From: Candidatus Actinomarina sp.
Lineage (GTDB): Bacteria > Actinomycetota > Acidimicrobiia > Actinomarinales > Actinomarinaceae
DNA length: 64,000 bases
Assembly: GCA_045563315.1 (NCBI GenBank)
Contig: JBJKUD010000023.1
Span: forward strand, 914-64,913
Direction of reading: 5' to 3'
Part shown: piece by piece, positions 31,377 through 42,564 of the stretch
Layout: the number at the start of each line of letters is the position of its first letter
Numbering within the stretch: position 1 is the stretch's first letter
The notes under the pieces: model-generated
Seen by the model: only the letters and a program-made list of their open reading frames with translations
Databases searched by the model: none
Told to the model about the DNA's origin: nothing
Made by a program: the position numbers and the translations under genes

Positions 31377-31934
31377 ATGTATAAAAATGGAATTATATTA
31401 ACCGGTCCGATAGGTTCAGGAAAATCAGAAGCTTTAGATGTTGTTAACAAATTAGGTTATGAAACAGTCGATCTAGACATCATTTCAAATGATATATTGA
31501 ATAACGAAAATTCATTAGAATTTTTAAAAACAAACTTTTTGGATTGTTTACAAAATGATAAAGTTAATAAAGCTAAGTTAGCAAACATTGTTTTTCAAGA
31601 TAAAGAAAAATTAAAATTATTAGAAAATTATTTACATCCTAAAGTACAGTCTCAATTATTAGAATTGTTAGATAAAAATGATAAATTAACTTTCATTGAA
31701 GTATCTGCTCCTAAAAATGTAATAGACATGTTTCAAACAATTGTTTTATGGTCTCCAGAAAAAGTAAGGATTGAGAGACTTATTGATAGGGGTATGGAAA
31801 TAGACGATATTAAAAATAGGATAAGTAATCAACCAACAGACGTATGGTGGCAGTCAATAGGAACAGTAATTAATAACGATGTCAAAGAAGACTTAGAGGG
31901 TCAACTTAAAGAAGTAATAGAATCTTTATTATGA
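31377..31934 (+). CDS. coaE: Dephospho-CoA kinase
   Basis: P-loop GPIGSGKS, about 185 aa, conserved position between rpsA and uvrB. Confidence 0.75.
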   Translation: MYKNGIILTGPIGSGKSEALDVVNKLGYETVDLDIISNDILNNENSLEFLKTNFLDCLQNDKVNKAKLANIVFQDKEKLKLLENYLHPKVQSQLLELLDKNDKLTFIEVSAPKNVIDMFQTIVLWSPEKVRIERLIDRGMEIDDIKNRISNQPTDVWWQSIGTVINNDVKEDLEGQLKEVIESLL

Positions 31935-33928
31935 ACAAATTTAAAGTGATCTCGGAATTTACACCAAAAGGGGACCAACCTGCAGCAATTGAAAAGTTAA
32001 AAAATGGAATAGAAAGCGATACTGATTTTCAAACATTAATGGGAATTACTGGATCAGGTAAATCTGCAACAATTGCCTGGCTCATAGAAGAAATTCAAAA
32101 GCCTACTTTGGTCCTTGCTCCAAATAAAGCTCTTGCCGCACAATTAGCCAACGAGTTTAAACAATTTTTTCCAAAAAACAGAGTTGAATATTTTGTTTCT
32201 TATTATGACTACTACCAGCCAGAGGCATATGTTCCAAGAACAGATACCTTTATAGAAAAAGATGCAAATATAAATGAAGAAATTGATAGATTAAGACACG
32301 CTGCAACAAGTGCATTACTTTTAAGAAATGATGTGATAGTAGTTTCATCTGTATCTTGTATATACGGGCTTGGTTCTCCGAAAGAATATAAAAATAAAAT
32401 TATTCCAATTATCCAGGGTAATGAATTTGATTTAGATGATTTGATAAGTCAGTTAATTAAACAACAATATATAAGAAATGATTTAGTTGTTTCTCGAGGT
32501 ACGTTTAGATTAAAAGGAGATACCTTAGATATATTTCCTGTGTATGAAGAAACAATTTTTAGAATTGAATTTTTTGGTGATGAGATTGAAAAAATATCTA
32601 GGATCGATCCGGTTACAGGTGAAATATTAGAAAAATTAACTGAATTAGCAATATTTCCTGCATCACATTATGTAACTTCTGACAAAGAAAGAAACAATGC
32701 ATTAAAAGAAATCGAAAATGATTTAACAAAGCAAATATCAAAATTTGAAAAAGAGAATAAATTACTTGAAGCACAACGAATAAAACAAAGAACAATGTTT
32801 GATTTGGAAATGTTAAGTGAACTAGGTGTTTGTTCGGGAATAGAGAATTATTCAAGATATTTTGACGGTCGAAAGCCTGGTGAAGCACCGTACACATTAA
32901 TTGACTTTTTCCCACAAGATTTTCTAATGGTCGTAGATGAAAGTCATATTGCCATACCCCAAATAAGGGGTCAATATGAAGGTGATAAGTCAAGGAAGTC
33001 TACCCTTGTAGATTATGGGTTTAGATTGCCAGCTGCTCTTGATAATCGTCCATTGAAATTTGATGAATGGAAAAATAAAGTTAATAAAACCATTCTTGTA
33101 TCTGCAACACCTGGTAAGTGGGAAAATGAAAATTCTGAAATTTTTGTCGAACAAGTTATTAGACCTACTGGTTTATTGGATCCTAATATAGACGTAAGAC
33201 CTACTAAAAATCAAATTCAAGATTTATTGAGTGAAATAAAATCAGTTATTGATAACGGCAATAGAGTTCTTGTTACAACCCTAACAAAAAAGATGAGTGA
33301 AGCTTTGAGTGATTATTTTTTGAAAATGGGAATTAAAACTCGTTATCTTCATTCAGATATTGATACCTTAGAAAGAATTGAAATATTAAGAGATTTAAGA
33401 AAAGGGGAATTTGATGTTTTGGTAGGTATTAATTTATTAAGAGAAGGCCTTGACTTACCAGAAGTACAATTAGTTGCAATTATGGATGCTGATAAAGAAG
33501 GTTTTTTAAGATCAGAAACAAGTTTAATTCAAACAATTGGTAGAGCTGCTAGAAATAAAGACGGTTATGTGATCATGTATGCTGACAAAATTACGGATTC
33601 AATTACCAAAGCAGTTGGAGAAACAAATAGAAGAAGAGAAATTCAAGATAAGCATAATAAAAAATATAAAATTAATCCAGAGACTGTAAAGAAGGAAATA
33701 ACAGATATTCTTGAAATTGTCGAAAGAAATAGACCTTCAAAAGATGATATTTTGTTTAGATCAAATTTGAATTTAAAAAATGCCTCAAAAGATGATTTGT
33801 ATAAAATATCTAAAGATATAGAAAAAGAGATGAAAGTAGCAGCTGATTTATTAGAGTTTGAAGTAGCTGCTAGATTAAGAGACGAGCTTAAAGAAATAAA
33901 AAAAGAAATTATGGAACTGCCTAGCTAA
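31931..33928 (+). CDS. uvrB: Excinuclease ABC subunit B
   Basis: Helicase motifs ([12 protein letters not shown]), beta-hairpin, C-terminal UVR domain ([15 protein letters not shown]). Confidence 0.97.
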   Translation: MNKFKVISEFTPKGDQPAAIEKLKNGIESDTDFQTLMGITGSGKSATIAWLIEEIQKPTLVLAPNKALAAQLANEFKQFFPKNRVEYFVSYYDYYQPEAYVPRTDTFIEKDANINEEIDRLRHAATSALLLRNDVIVVSSVSCIYGLGSPKEYKNKIIPIIQGNEFDLDDLISQLIKQQYIRNDLVVSRGTFRLKGDTLDIFPVYEETIFRIEFFGDEIEKISRIDPVTGEILEKLTELAIFPASHYVTSDKERNNALKEIENDLTKQISKFEKENKLLEAQRIKQRTMFDLEMLSELGVCSGIENYSRYFDGRKPGEAPYTLIDFFPQDFLMVVDESHIAIPQIRGQYEGDKSRKSTLVDYGFRLPAALDNRPLKFDEWKNKVNKTILVSATPGKWENENSEIFVEQVIRPTGLLDPNIDVRPTKNQIQDLLSEIKSVIDNGNRVLVTTLTKKMSEALSDYFLKMGIKTRYLHSDIDTLERIEILRDLRKGEFDVLVGINLLREGLDLPEVQLVAIMDADKEGFLRSETSLIQTIGRAARNKDGYVIMYADKITDSITKAVGETNRRREIQDKHNKKYKINPETVKKEITDILEIVERNRPSKDDILFRSNLNLKNASKDDLYKISKDIEKEMKVAADLLEFEVAARLRDELKEIKKEIMELPS

Positions 33929-36738
33929 TGGTAAATGATTATTTAAAGGTCAAAGGCGCTAAAGAGCATAACTTAAAAGACGTAAGTATTGATATACCAA
34001 AAAACCAATTAGTTGTAATTACAGGCCTTTCTGGTTCTGGTAAATCTTCCCTTGCTTTTGATACTATTTATGCTGAAGGTCAAAGAAGATATGTAGAAAG
34101 CTTGTCAGCTTATGCACGTCAATTTCTTGGACAAATGGAGAAACCTAATGTTGAACAAATTGAAGGTCTTTCACCTGCAATAGCTATTGATCAAAAAACC
34201 TCATCAAGAAGTCCACGTTCCACAGTAGGTACCGTTACAGAAATACATGATTATTTACGCCTTCTTTGGGCAAGAATCGGTATAAGTTATTGCCCCAACT
34301 GTGGTTCTAAAATAGAAAAACAATCTACTGATTTTATAGTTAATCAAATATTAGAAATTGGTGAGGATATATATGTTGAAATTCTTGCACCTATTGTTAA
34401 ATCAAGAAAAGGTGAGTTCGAAACGTTATTTAAGGACTTATTAAAACAAGGTTTTAGTAGGGCTTATATTGATGGAGAATTAGTCCGATTAGATGAGGCA
34501 AAACGCCTAGATAGATATTTTAATCACAATATATCTGTTGTTGTTGATAGAGTAAAAATCAAAAAAACCGGTGGAAGGAGACTCCCACAATCTGTAGAGG
34601 CAGCTATTAATTTAACAAGTGGTTTAGTAGATATTAAAATTGATGAAGACATAAAGTCTTTTAGTCAAAACCTTGGTTGTAAACAATGCGGTACTTCTTA
34701 CGGGAAACTAGAACCAAGAGATTTTTCATTTAATTCACCATTTGGTGCATGTGAAAGGTGTAATGGAATTGGTATCAACTATGAAATTGATGAAAATTTA
34801 TTGATAAAAGATGAAATACAATCTATTGATGAAAATGTCTTCCCTGAAATGTCTAAAAGAAAATATTTTCGTGCACAGATTTATGGTGTTTGTGAGTATT
34901 TTGATATACCAAGAAATATTCCATACAAAGATTTATCAGATAATGATAAATATATTTTACTTTTCGGTTCTGATGGAATTGAAACACCAATTAGATATAC
35001 AAATAGATTTGGAAATTCTAGAACATGGGAAAGAGCATTCCCAGGAGTTATACCGTTATTTAAGAAAATTTATGAAGAAACAGAATCTGATCATCGAAGA
35101 GAATATTATATGCAATTTATGAGAGAGTTGCCATGTAGTGATTGTGATGGTGAAAGATTAAATCCTAGATCCAGGAATGTAAAAGTAAAATCACTTACAC
35201 TTGGAGATTTCAATAAATTATCAATTAACAAAGCAAGTAAAGTTATTCAAAATTTAAAACTGAGTGGAAATGAAAAAGAAATCGCAGAAACAATTTTAAG
35301 AGAAATTAACGAAAGATTACTTTTTTTAAATGAAGTTGGACTTACTTACTTACAGTTAAACAGAGGAGCAGCAACTTTATCTGGTGGTGAAGCACAAAGA
35401 ATAAGATTAGCTACGCAAATAGGCTCAGGATTAACAGGTGTACTTTACGTTTTAGACGAACCTTCAATAGGACTACATCAATCCGATAACAAAAAATTAA
35501 TAGAAACATTATTAAGATTAAAAAATTTAGGAAATACAGTACTTGTTGTCGAACATGATGAAGAGACTATGAGAAGTTCAGATTTCATAATTGATATTGG
35601 CTGGGGTGCTGGTGAAGAAGGTGGAAATATAGTAGCTGCTGGTGATTTTGAAGCAATTTCCAAAAATAAAAAATCGATTACTGGACAATATCTATCAGGA
35701 AAACAAAAAGTTCCATATCCAAAAGTCAGAAGAAAGGGAAATAATGAAAAAATTGTTGTTAGAGGAGCACAAGAAAACAATTTAAAAAATCTTACAGCTG
35801 AATTTCCCCTGGGAAAATTTATATCTGTTACTGGCGTATCTGGAAGCGGAAAATCTACTCTTGTATCTGAAATATTATCAAAAGCTATACAAAATGAGTT
35901 TTCCCGGAAAAATTGGAGCCCTCCAGGTATTCATAAAAGTGTGAGTGGTTTAAATTATATTGATAAACTCATTGAGATTGATCAATCACCAATAGGTAGA
36001 ACACCAAGATCAAACCCTGCAACTTATTCTGGTGTTTTCGATATGATACGCTCTCTTTATTCTCAAACAGAAGAAGCTAAAATTCGAGGTTACAAACCTG
36101 GAAGATTTTCTTTCAATGTACCTGGTGGAAGATGTGAAGTATGTAGGGGTGACGGAACAATAAAAGTAGAAATGTATTTTTTGCCTGATGTATATGTCAT
36201 GTGTGAAGACTGTAAGGGTTCAAGATATAACAATGAGACATTGAATATACGTTGGAAAGGTAATTCAATTTCAGATATATTAAATTCTACAGTTGAAAAT
36301 TCTTTAAAAATATTTGAAAATCAACCTCAAATTTCAAGGATAATAAAAACATTAGATGATGTCGGTTTATCTTATATAACACTCGGCCAATCAGCTACAA
36401 CTCTTTCAGGAGGAGAAGCTCAAAGGGTTAAACTTGCAAAAGAGTTAAGTAAAAGATCAACAGGTAGAACTATGTATATTTTAGATGAACCCACAACAGG
36501 TTTACATTTTGCTGATGTTCAAAAACTTTTAGAAGTACTTCATATGCTTGTAGATAAAGGAAATACAGTATTAGTAATAGAACACAATCTTGACGTTATT
36601 AAAAATTCAGATTGGGTTATCGATCTAGGTCCAGAAGGGGGAGAGAATGGAGGAAAGATTATTTCTCAAGGAACTCCGGAAAGTTTAGCGTCTGATAAAT
36701 CTTCTTTGACTGGCTACCATCTGAAATCAGTTCTGTAA
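33928..36738 (+). CDS. uvrA: Excinuclease ABC subunit A
   Basis: Two ABC ATPase modules with Walker A (GLSGSGKSS, GVSGSGKST), zinc-finger Cys pairs, LSGGE signature x2. Confidence 0.97.
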   Translation: MVNDYLKVKGAKEHNLKDVSIDIPKNQLVVITGLSGSGKSSLAFDTIYAEGQRRYVESLSAYARQFLGQMEKPNVEQIEGLSPAIAIDQKTSSRSPRSTVGTVTEIHDYLRLLWARIGISYCPNCGSKIEKQSTDFIVNQILEIGEDIYVEILAPIVKSRKGEFETLFKDLLKQGFSRAYIDGELVRLDEAKRLDRYFNHNISVVVDRVKIKKTGGRRLPQSVEAAINLTSGLVDIKIDEDIKSFSQNLGCKQCGTSYGKLEPRDFSFNSPFGACERCNGIGINYEIDENLLIKDEIQSIDENVFPEMSKRKYFRAQIYGVCEYFDIPRNIPYKDLSDNDKYILLFGSDGIETPIRYTNRFGNSRTWERAFPGVIPLFKKIYEETESDHRREYYMQFMRELPCSDCDGERLNPRSRNVKVKSLTLGDFNKLSINKASKVIQNLKLSGNEKEIAETILREINERLLFLNEVGLTYLQLNRGAATLSGGEAQRIRLATQIGSGLTGVLYVLDEPSIGLHQSDNKKLIETLLRLKNLGNTVLVVEHDEETMRSSDFIIDIGWGAGEEGGNIVAAGDFEAISKNKKSITGQYLSGKQKVPYPKVRRKGNNEKIVVRGAQENNLKNLTAEFPLGKFISVTGVSGSGKSTLVSEILSKAIQNEFSRKNWSPPGIHKSVSGLNYIDKLIEIDQSPIGRTPRSNPATYSGVFDMIRSLYSQTEEAKIRGYKPGRFSFNVPGGRCEVCRGDGTIKVEMYFLPDVYVMCEDCKGSRYNNETLNIRWKGNSISDILNSTVENSLKIFENQPQISRIIKTLDDVGLSYITLGQSATTLSGGEAQRVKLAKELSKRSTGRTMYILDEPTTGLHFADVQKLLEVLHMLVDKGNTVLVIEHNLDVIKNSDWVIDLGPEGGENGGKIISQGTPESLASDKSSLTGYHLKSVL

Positions 36739-38549
36739 TGGAAAAATTAGAAATAAAGGAAATTCCAACTAGTCCTGGTATTTACATTTTTAAAGATGAA
36801 TATAAAGAACCTTTATATGTTGGTAAAGCTAAAAATTTAAGAAAGCGTGTGCCTTCATATTTTAGAGAAAACTCTTCATGGAAAGTTAAAAGACTTGTTG
36901 CAGAGGCAGAAAATCTAAGTTTTGTTGTTTCTAAAAATGAAGCTGATGCACTTTTAGCTGAGTATTCATTTATTCAAGAGTATAAACCTAAATATAATGT
37001 TCAATTTAAAGATGACAAGTCTTACCCATACGTCACTTTATCTAATGAGGAATGGCCTAGAGCTTATATTTCAAGAAGAATTAGTCAAAAAAATAAGAAC
37101 TTTGGACCTTTTCCATTTATAGGGTCGGCTCGAAGGTCACTTGATCATTTAATCAATATATTTCCAGTTAGGACTTGTTCAAAAAATGTTTTCGAGAGAC
37201 ATCAAAAACTAGAAAAAGCTTGCTTATTATATGATATTGATAAATGTGCCGGGCCCTGCATTGGTGCTATCAATAAATCTGAATATATTGATTTAATCTC
37301 AAAATTAGAAAATTTCTATTCAGGAAAATCTGATCAATATATTGATGAGAAAATCAATGAAATGATGACTTTTTCAAAAAATCAAGAATATGAAAAGGCT
37401 CAACAAGCAAAAAGTATCATTACACATCTTGAAAATGCAAGAACAACACAAACATTAATGGTCGCAGATAAAAAATCTGTAGATGTTGTTGGAATTGATA
37501 TCAGCAATTTTGATGTAGTAATTTCTTGTCTTCTCATTAGAAATGGCAGAATAATTGGTGAAGTTAAAAAAACCCTTGAACCAATTGATACTGAACAATA
37601 TGAAGAATATCTTCCACAAATAATTCTTTCTATTTTTTCTGAAAATCAACCATCAGATGAAATATTAGTAAGTCATAATTTTCCATATGTTGAAACAGTA
37701 CAAAAAAGTTTATCCAAAAAGTGGGATAAAGATATCGTTTTAAAAACACCGGTAAAGGGATGGAAAAAGGATTTATTAGAAACGGCTATTTTAGATGCTA
37801 AAGAAATAAGAAGAGTCGTTAACTTTAGACGAAGAACAGATTTAGAATTCCGATCACAATCATTGGAACAACTAAAAAATAATCTAGATCTTAAAAATAT
37901 TCCTTATCGCATAGAGGCTTTCGATATTTCAAATCTTGGAGCTGAGTACAGAGCTGGTTCAATGGTTGTTATGGATGATGGTATTTGTAAACCATCCATG
38001 TATAGAAAATTTCACATAAAATCTTTTACCGGTCAAGATGACTTTAGGTCTATGGAAGAAGTAATTTTTAGAAGACTTAAAAGATTTTCAAAAGTCGATG
38101 AAAAAGACAAAAGTTTTAAGAGAAAACCTGATTTAATTTTAATTGATGGTGGTAAGGGTCAATTATCTTCTGCAAAAAGTGTTATTGATCATTTTGAATT
38201 AGATATTGAGGTTATAGGATTGGCAAAAAAACATGAAGAAATTTTTAAACCAAATCGTAAAGACCCATTTATTCTTGATAAAAGTTCTGAAGCGATGTTT
38301 TTACTTCAAAATATTAGGGATGAGGCTCATAGGTTCGCAATATCTGAAAATAGAAGGCTAAGAATAAAAAATTTTGATGATCAAACTTTGTTAAGCATTG
38401 AAGGAGTTGGTAATAAATCATCAGAAATATTATTAGAAAAATTTAAAGACGTTACAAGACTTTCTAAAGCTACCTTTGAAGAACTTAATGAAGTTGTATC
38501 TGATAATATAGCTAAAAAAGTTTATTCATACTTTAATGGAGATTTTTAA
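36738..38549 (+). CDS. uvrC: Excinuclease ABC subunit C
   Basis: N-terminal GIY-YIG (PGIYIFKD...YVGKAKNLRKR), UvrBC-interaction domain, C-terminal RNaseH-like and HhH regions. Confidence 0.95.
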   Translation: MEKLEIKEIPTSPGIYIFKDEYKEPLYVGKAKNLRKRVPSYFRENSSWKVKRLVAEAENLSFVVSKNEADALLAEYSFIQEYKPKYNVQFKDDKSYPYVTLSNEEWPRAYISRRISQKNKNFGPFPFIGSARRSLDHLINIFPVRTCSKNVFERHQKLEKACLLYDIDKCAGPCIGAINKSEYIDLISKLENFYSGKSDQYIDEKINEMMTFSKNQEYEKAQQAKSIITHLENARTTQTLMVADKKSVDVVGIDISNFDVVISCLLIRNGRIIGEVKKTLEPIDTEQYEEYLPQIILSIFSENQPSDEILVSHNFPYVETVQKSLSKKWDKDIVLKTPVKGWKKDLLETAILDAKEIRRVVNFRRRTDLEFRSQSLEQLKNNLDLKNIPYRIEAFDISNLGAEYRAGSMVVMDDGICKPSMYRKFHIKSFTGQDDFRSMEEVIFRRLKRFSKVDEKDKSFKRKPDLILIDGGKGQLSSAKSVIDHFELDIEVIGLAKKHEEIFKPNRKDPFILDKSSEAMFLLQNIRDEAHRFAISENRRLRIKNFDDQTLLSIEGVGNKSSEILLEKFKDVTRLSKATFEELNEVVSDNIAKKVYSYFNGDF

Positions 38550-38621
38550 GTTTTATATATCAATCAATAAGATAATTTGTCCATGTAAACACATCACAAT
38601 TAGAATATCATTAGGTTAAAT

Positions 38622-39488
38622 ATGGTATCTAAACGCCCAGAAGTATTATTACTTGTAGGAATGTCAGGAGCTGGTCGCTCCGCAAGTTCTAATGTATTTG
38701 AAGATCTTGGATATTACGTAATTGAAAATTTACCTACAAATTTAATACAGTCTGTAGTTGAATCAAATGATGTTGCTGAATCCAACAAACAACTAGTTCT
38801 TACAGTTGACGGCAGAGAAAGTTCAGCACAAAGCGAATTAACAAAAAGTCTTGATCGGCTTAGTCAGTCTGGGGTTCTTACCAGAGTTATATTTTTAGAT
38901 GCTGACAATGACACCCTCATAGAGAGATATGAAGAAAATAGAAGACCACACCCTATGGGTAAAGATTCTTTGGACCAATCGGTAAAAAATGAAAGAGAAT
39001 TATTAAAGCCCATAAGAGAATTAGCAGATCTTGTTATAGATACATCAGATATGAATGTTCATGAACTAAGAAAAAGAATTATTGAAGGATTCCAAGGAAC
39101 AGCAAGTAATCAAGATTTAAAAATTTCTGTTACTTCATTTGGATTTAAAAATGGATCACCAAGAGATGCAGATTTAGTCTTGGATGTTAGATTCCTGCCT
39201 AACCCTCACTGGAGAGATGAGCTTCGAGAATCAACTGGGCAAGCGCCAATGGTTAGAAATTATGTTCTTTCATTTGAAGATGCACAAATATTTCTTGAAA
39301 AAGCTAAAGACATGATTGACTTCCTTCTTCCTAGGTTTACCTCAGAAGGAAAATCGTATGTCGGGATTGCAATAGGATGTACAGGTGGGAAACATAGAAG
39401 TGTTGTTATGACTGAAGAAATTGGAAAATGGTTAAAAACCGACGGTAAAGACGCTGTCATAATTCATAGAGATATGAAAGAAAATTAA
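38622..39488 (+). CDS. rapZ: RNase adapter / P-loop nucleotide-binding protein RapZ (YvcJ)
   Basis: Walker A GMSGAGRS at N-terminus, C-terminal RapZ domain; conserved position after uvrC. Confidence 0.9.
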   Translation: MVSKRPEVLLLVGMSGAGRSASSNVFEDLGYYVIENLPTNLIQSVVESNDVAESNKQLVLTVDGRESSAQSELTKSLDRLSQSGVLTRVIFLDADNDTLIERYEENRRPHPMGKDSLDQSVKNERELLKPIRELADLVIDTSDMNVHELRKRIIEGFQGTASNQDLKISVTSFGFKNGSPRDADLVLDVRFLPNPHWRDELRESTGQAPMVRNYVLSFEDAQIFLEKAKDMIDFLLPRFTSEGKSYVGIAIGCTGGKHRSVVMTEEIGKWLKTDGKDAVIIHRDMKEN

Positions 39489-39548
39489 TTTATAAAATTA
39501 TGGTGATATTTTTCTAAATAAATTAACTAATGATTAAAGGATTTTAAT

Positions 39549-40718
39549 TTGGTAAAAAGTGATTTGACCGATGATAAATATCTTGGAGATGTTCTAGTTA
39601 GATCAGATTTAAATGTTCCAATGATAAATAATGAAATTACCGATGACTTCAGAATATCTAAATCACTTGAAATCATTGATAAGATTTACGACATTTCCCG
39701 TACAATTACGTTTGTAAGCCATTTGGGTAGACCAAATAATAATTTAGAGTACTCTCTTAAACCAATAGCTGAAAGAATTTCAGACAAGCTTAAAAATAAA
39801 AAAGTTCAATTTCTAAATAGTATTCAAGGTGATGATATAAATAATTCTATACAAAAACTTACTTCAAAGATTTTTGTATTAGAAAACTTAAGACATGACA
39901 TTGGTGAAAAAAACAATGATATTGAATTTTCAAAATCAGTTACGAAACCATTTGAAACTTATATTTTTGACGCATTTGGAGCGTCACATCGAGAACATGC
40001 TTCTGTTGTAAGTTTTGGTAAATTTCTTAAATCATACCAAGGACCATTAATGACTAAAGAAGTTTTAGAACTAGATAAATTATTACACAATGATCAATTA
40101 GGTTATTCGGTTCTATTAGGTGGAGCTAAAATATCAGATAAATTAAAGTTAATCGATAACCTTTTACCAAAAGTTGAATATTTAATGATTGGAGGTGGAA
40201 TGTGTTTTACCTTTCTTAAAGCAATGAATTTTGAAATCGGAAAATCTTTAGTCGAAGAATCATTTATTTCAAAAGCAAAAGAGTTAATTGATTCAAAATA
40301 TGGAAAAAAAATTATATTACCAACTGATTTTGGAGTTACTGAATCGATTGAAAGCAATATAAGATACGAAATTAAAAGTGATAAATTTTCTGATAAGCAT
40401 ATAGGTATTGATATTGGACCTGAAACTATTTCTCAGTTTTCAAAGATTATATCTACATCTAAAAATCTATTTTGGAACGGACCAATGGGTATTTTTGAAA
40501 TAGATGAATTTAGCCATGGGACAAAAGCAATTACTCAAACAATATCTAAAGCTGATGGTTATACCTCTGTAGGTGGGGGAGATTCTGTAAGTGCTATAAA
40601 CAAATTTTCAGATTTAAATAAATTTAATCATGTTTCAACTGGTGGAGGTGCTTCTTTAGAGTATTTAGAAGGTAATAATTTACCTGGAGTAAACATTTAT
40701 AAACCACTTATAATTTGA
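39549..40718 (+). CDS. pgk: Phosphoglycerate kinase (TTG start)
   Basis: PGK N-terminal substrate basic patch (RSDLNVP...HLGRP) and C-terminal nucleotide-binding motifs (GGGASLE). Confidence 0.9.
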   Translation: MVKSDLTDDKYLGDVLVRSDLNVPMINNEITDDFRISKSLEIIDKIYDISRTITFVSHLGRPNNNLEYSLKPIAERISDKLKNKKVQFLNSIQGDDINNSIQKLTSKIFVLENLRHDIGEKNNDIEFSKSVTKPFETYIFDAFGASHREHASVVSFGKFLKSYQGPLMTKEVLELDKLLHNDQLGYSVLLGGAKISDKLKLIDNLLPKVEYLMIGGGMCFTFLKAMNFEIGKSLVEESFISKAKELIDSKYGKKIILPTDFGVTESIESNIRYEIKSDKFSDKHIGIDIGPETISQFSKIISTSKNLFWNGPMGIFEIDEFSHGTKAITQTISKADGYTSVGGGDSVSAINKFSDLNKFNHVSTGGGASLEYLEGNNLPGVNIYKPLII

Positions 40719-41485
40719 TAATGAAAAAAATTATAATTGGAAACTGGAAACTTAATTTAGATCATTTAGAAGCAATCCAGCTTTTTCAAAAATTAAATTA
40801 CTCACTTGATAGTGATATAGATAAAAAAATATCTATTGTTGTAGCCCCATCTCATACATCCTTAAGGTCTATTCAGACGATTATAGATGCAGACAAATTA
40901 AATATATTTTTATCGTCTCAAGACGTATCTATGTTTAATGATGGACCATTTACAGGCGAAGTTTCTGCTCACCAATTAAATAAATTAAATATTTCTTTTT
41001 GCATTGTTGGTCATTCAGAAAGAAGACAACACTTCAAAGAGACTGACGAAATTATAAATTCAAAAATTAACAATTTGATTAATAAAGAAATTACTCCAAT
41101 TGTTTGTTTTGGTGAAAATATTGATCAAAGAAATGATGGAAGTTTTATGGACTTTTTGATTAATCAAATTGAAAATTCAACTAAAGGATTAAGAAAAGAT
41201 AAAGTTGATGAAATAATATTTGCTTATGAGCCTATATGGGCAATTGGTACAGGTGAGACACCTTCTTTGCAAGATATTATACATGTAATGTCAGAAGTAA
41301 AAGAGTTTATATCTAAAAAATCATTTTTTAATGAAGATAGTACAAAATTTATTTACGGTGGCAGTGTTTCTCCTGACAATTCTGACGAAATTTTAAATTC
41401 AAATATAATCGACGGTGCTCTTGTCGGTGGTGCATCTTTAGATATTGAGAAATTTGTAAAAATAATTGAGTCTGTTGATTTATGA
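40715..41485 (+). CDS. tpiA: Triosephosphate isomerase
   Basis: Catalytic GNWKLN, IVGHSERR, AYEPIWAIGTG motifs. Confidence 0.95.
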   Translation: MIMKKIIIGNWKLNLDHLEAIQLFQKLNYSLDSDIDKKISIVVAPSHTSLRSIQTIIDADKLNIFLSSQDVSMFNDGPFTGEVSAHQLNKLNISFCIVGHSERRQHFKETDEIINSKINNLINKEITPIVCFGENIDQRNDGSFMDFLINQIENSTKGLRKDKVDEIIFAYEPIWAIGTGETPSLQDIIHVMSEVKEFISKKSFFNEDSTKFIYGGSVSPDNSDEILNSNIIDGALVGGASLDIEKFVKIIESVDL

Positions 41486-42228
41486 ATCTCATTTTCGTAA
41501 GGCATGGTCAGAGTATTTGGAATCTTGAAAATAGATTTACTGGATGGGTCGATGTGGGATTATCTGATAGAGGTATTAAAGAGGCAATAAATGCTGGCAA
41601 TACGTTACTAAAAGAAGAATTTATTCCTGATATTTGCTTTACATCATTTTTAAAAAGATCAAAAGATACTGCAAAAATTCTTTTAGATCAATATGACGAT
41701 AAAATAAATCAAAATATAGATGTTCTAAATGATTGGACATTAAATGAACGCCATTATGGATCTTTACAAGGTTTGGATAAATTAGAAACAGCAGAAAAAT
41801 ATGGAGATGACCAAGTTCTTCTATGGAGAAGAAGTTATGATACTCCACCCCCTTTAACATCTCAAAATTCTGAGTTTGATCCAAATATTGATAAGTTATA
41901 TGAGAATATCAAAGAAGATCTTCCATTGGGAGAATCTTTAAAAGATGTAGTATCAAGAGTTAAAAAATCGCTTTCAATGATATTAAACCTAACATTAAAT
42001 AAAAAAGTTTTAGTTGTAGCACACGGGAACAGCATAAGAGCAATGCTAAAAATTATTGAGGATATTAGTGATGAAAATATTATTGGGATTAATATACCAA
42101 CTGGAATACCATTAGCTTTTAATTATCAAGGTGATAAACTATCTAAAATTGGATATCTTGGAGACCAAGAACAAATTATAAAATTACAAAAAGAAGTTGA
42201 GCAACAATCTAGAATAAAAAAAGGTTAA
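41482..42228 (+). CDS. gpmA: 2,3-bisphosphoglycerate-dependent phosphoglycerate mutase (histidine phosphatase family)
   Basis: RHGQSIWN catalytic motif, about 248 aa; sits between tpiA and secG. Confidence 0.8.
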   Translation: MNLIFVRHGQSIWNLENRFTGWVDVGLSDRGIKEAINAGNTLLKEEFIPDICFTSFLKRSKDTAKILLDQYDDKINQNIDVLNDWTLNERHYGSLQGLDKLETAEKYGDDQVLLWRRSYDTPPPLTSQNSEFDPNIDKLYENIKEDLPLGESLKDVVSRVKKSLSMILNLTLNKKVLVVAHGNSIRAMLKIIEDISDENIIGINIPTGIPLAFNYQGDKLSKIGYLGDQEQIIKLQKEVEQQSRIKKG

Positions 42229-42231
42229 TTT

Positions 42232-42468
42232 ATGAGTACAATTACAGCAGTTTTGATTTCAGTACATGTCGTTGTTTCTATAGCATTAATCGCCTTGGTC
42301 TTGTTAAATAGTGGAAAAGGTGGAGGTCTCTCTGATATGTTGGGAGGTCCAGGGGCATCAGGAAATATTGGACAAACTTTAGCTGAAAGAAACTTAAGTA
42401 GAATAACTGCTTTTGTAGCTTTTCTTTTTTCTTTGACAACATTATCTTTATTTTGGTTTTTAGACTGA
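42232..42468 (+). CDS. secG: Preprotein translocase subunit SecG
   Basis: 78 aa, two TM helices with a Gly-rich loop (GKGGGLSDMLGGPGASG); conserved position after tpiA in Actinobacteria. Confidence 0.75.
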   Translation: MSTITAVLISVHVVVSIALIALVLLNSGKGGGLSDMLGGPGASGNIGQTLAERNLSRITAFVAFLFSLTTLSLFWFLD

Positions 42469-42473
42469 TTTTA

Positions 42474-42557
42474 GCGCGGGTGGCGGAACTGGTAGACGCG
42501 CAGGATTAAGGATCCTGTGGGGTAAAACCCGTGGAGGTTCGAGTCCTCTTCCGCGCA
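42474..42557 (+). tRNA. tRNA-Leu, type II; anticodon loop reads TTAAGGA, i.e. anticodon AAG (A34) by manual fold
   Basis: Acceptor GCGCGGG/TCCGCGC, D-arm GCGGAACTGGTAGACGC, anticodon stem CAGGA/TCCTG, long variable arm, T-loop GGTTCGAGTCC; CCA not encoded. Confidence 0.8.
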
Positions 42558-42564
42558 CAAAATT

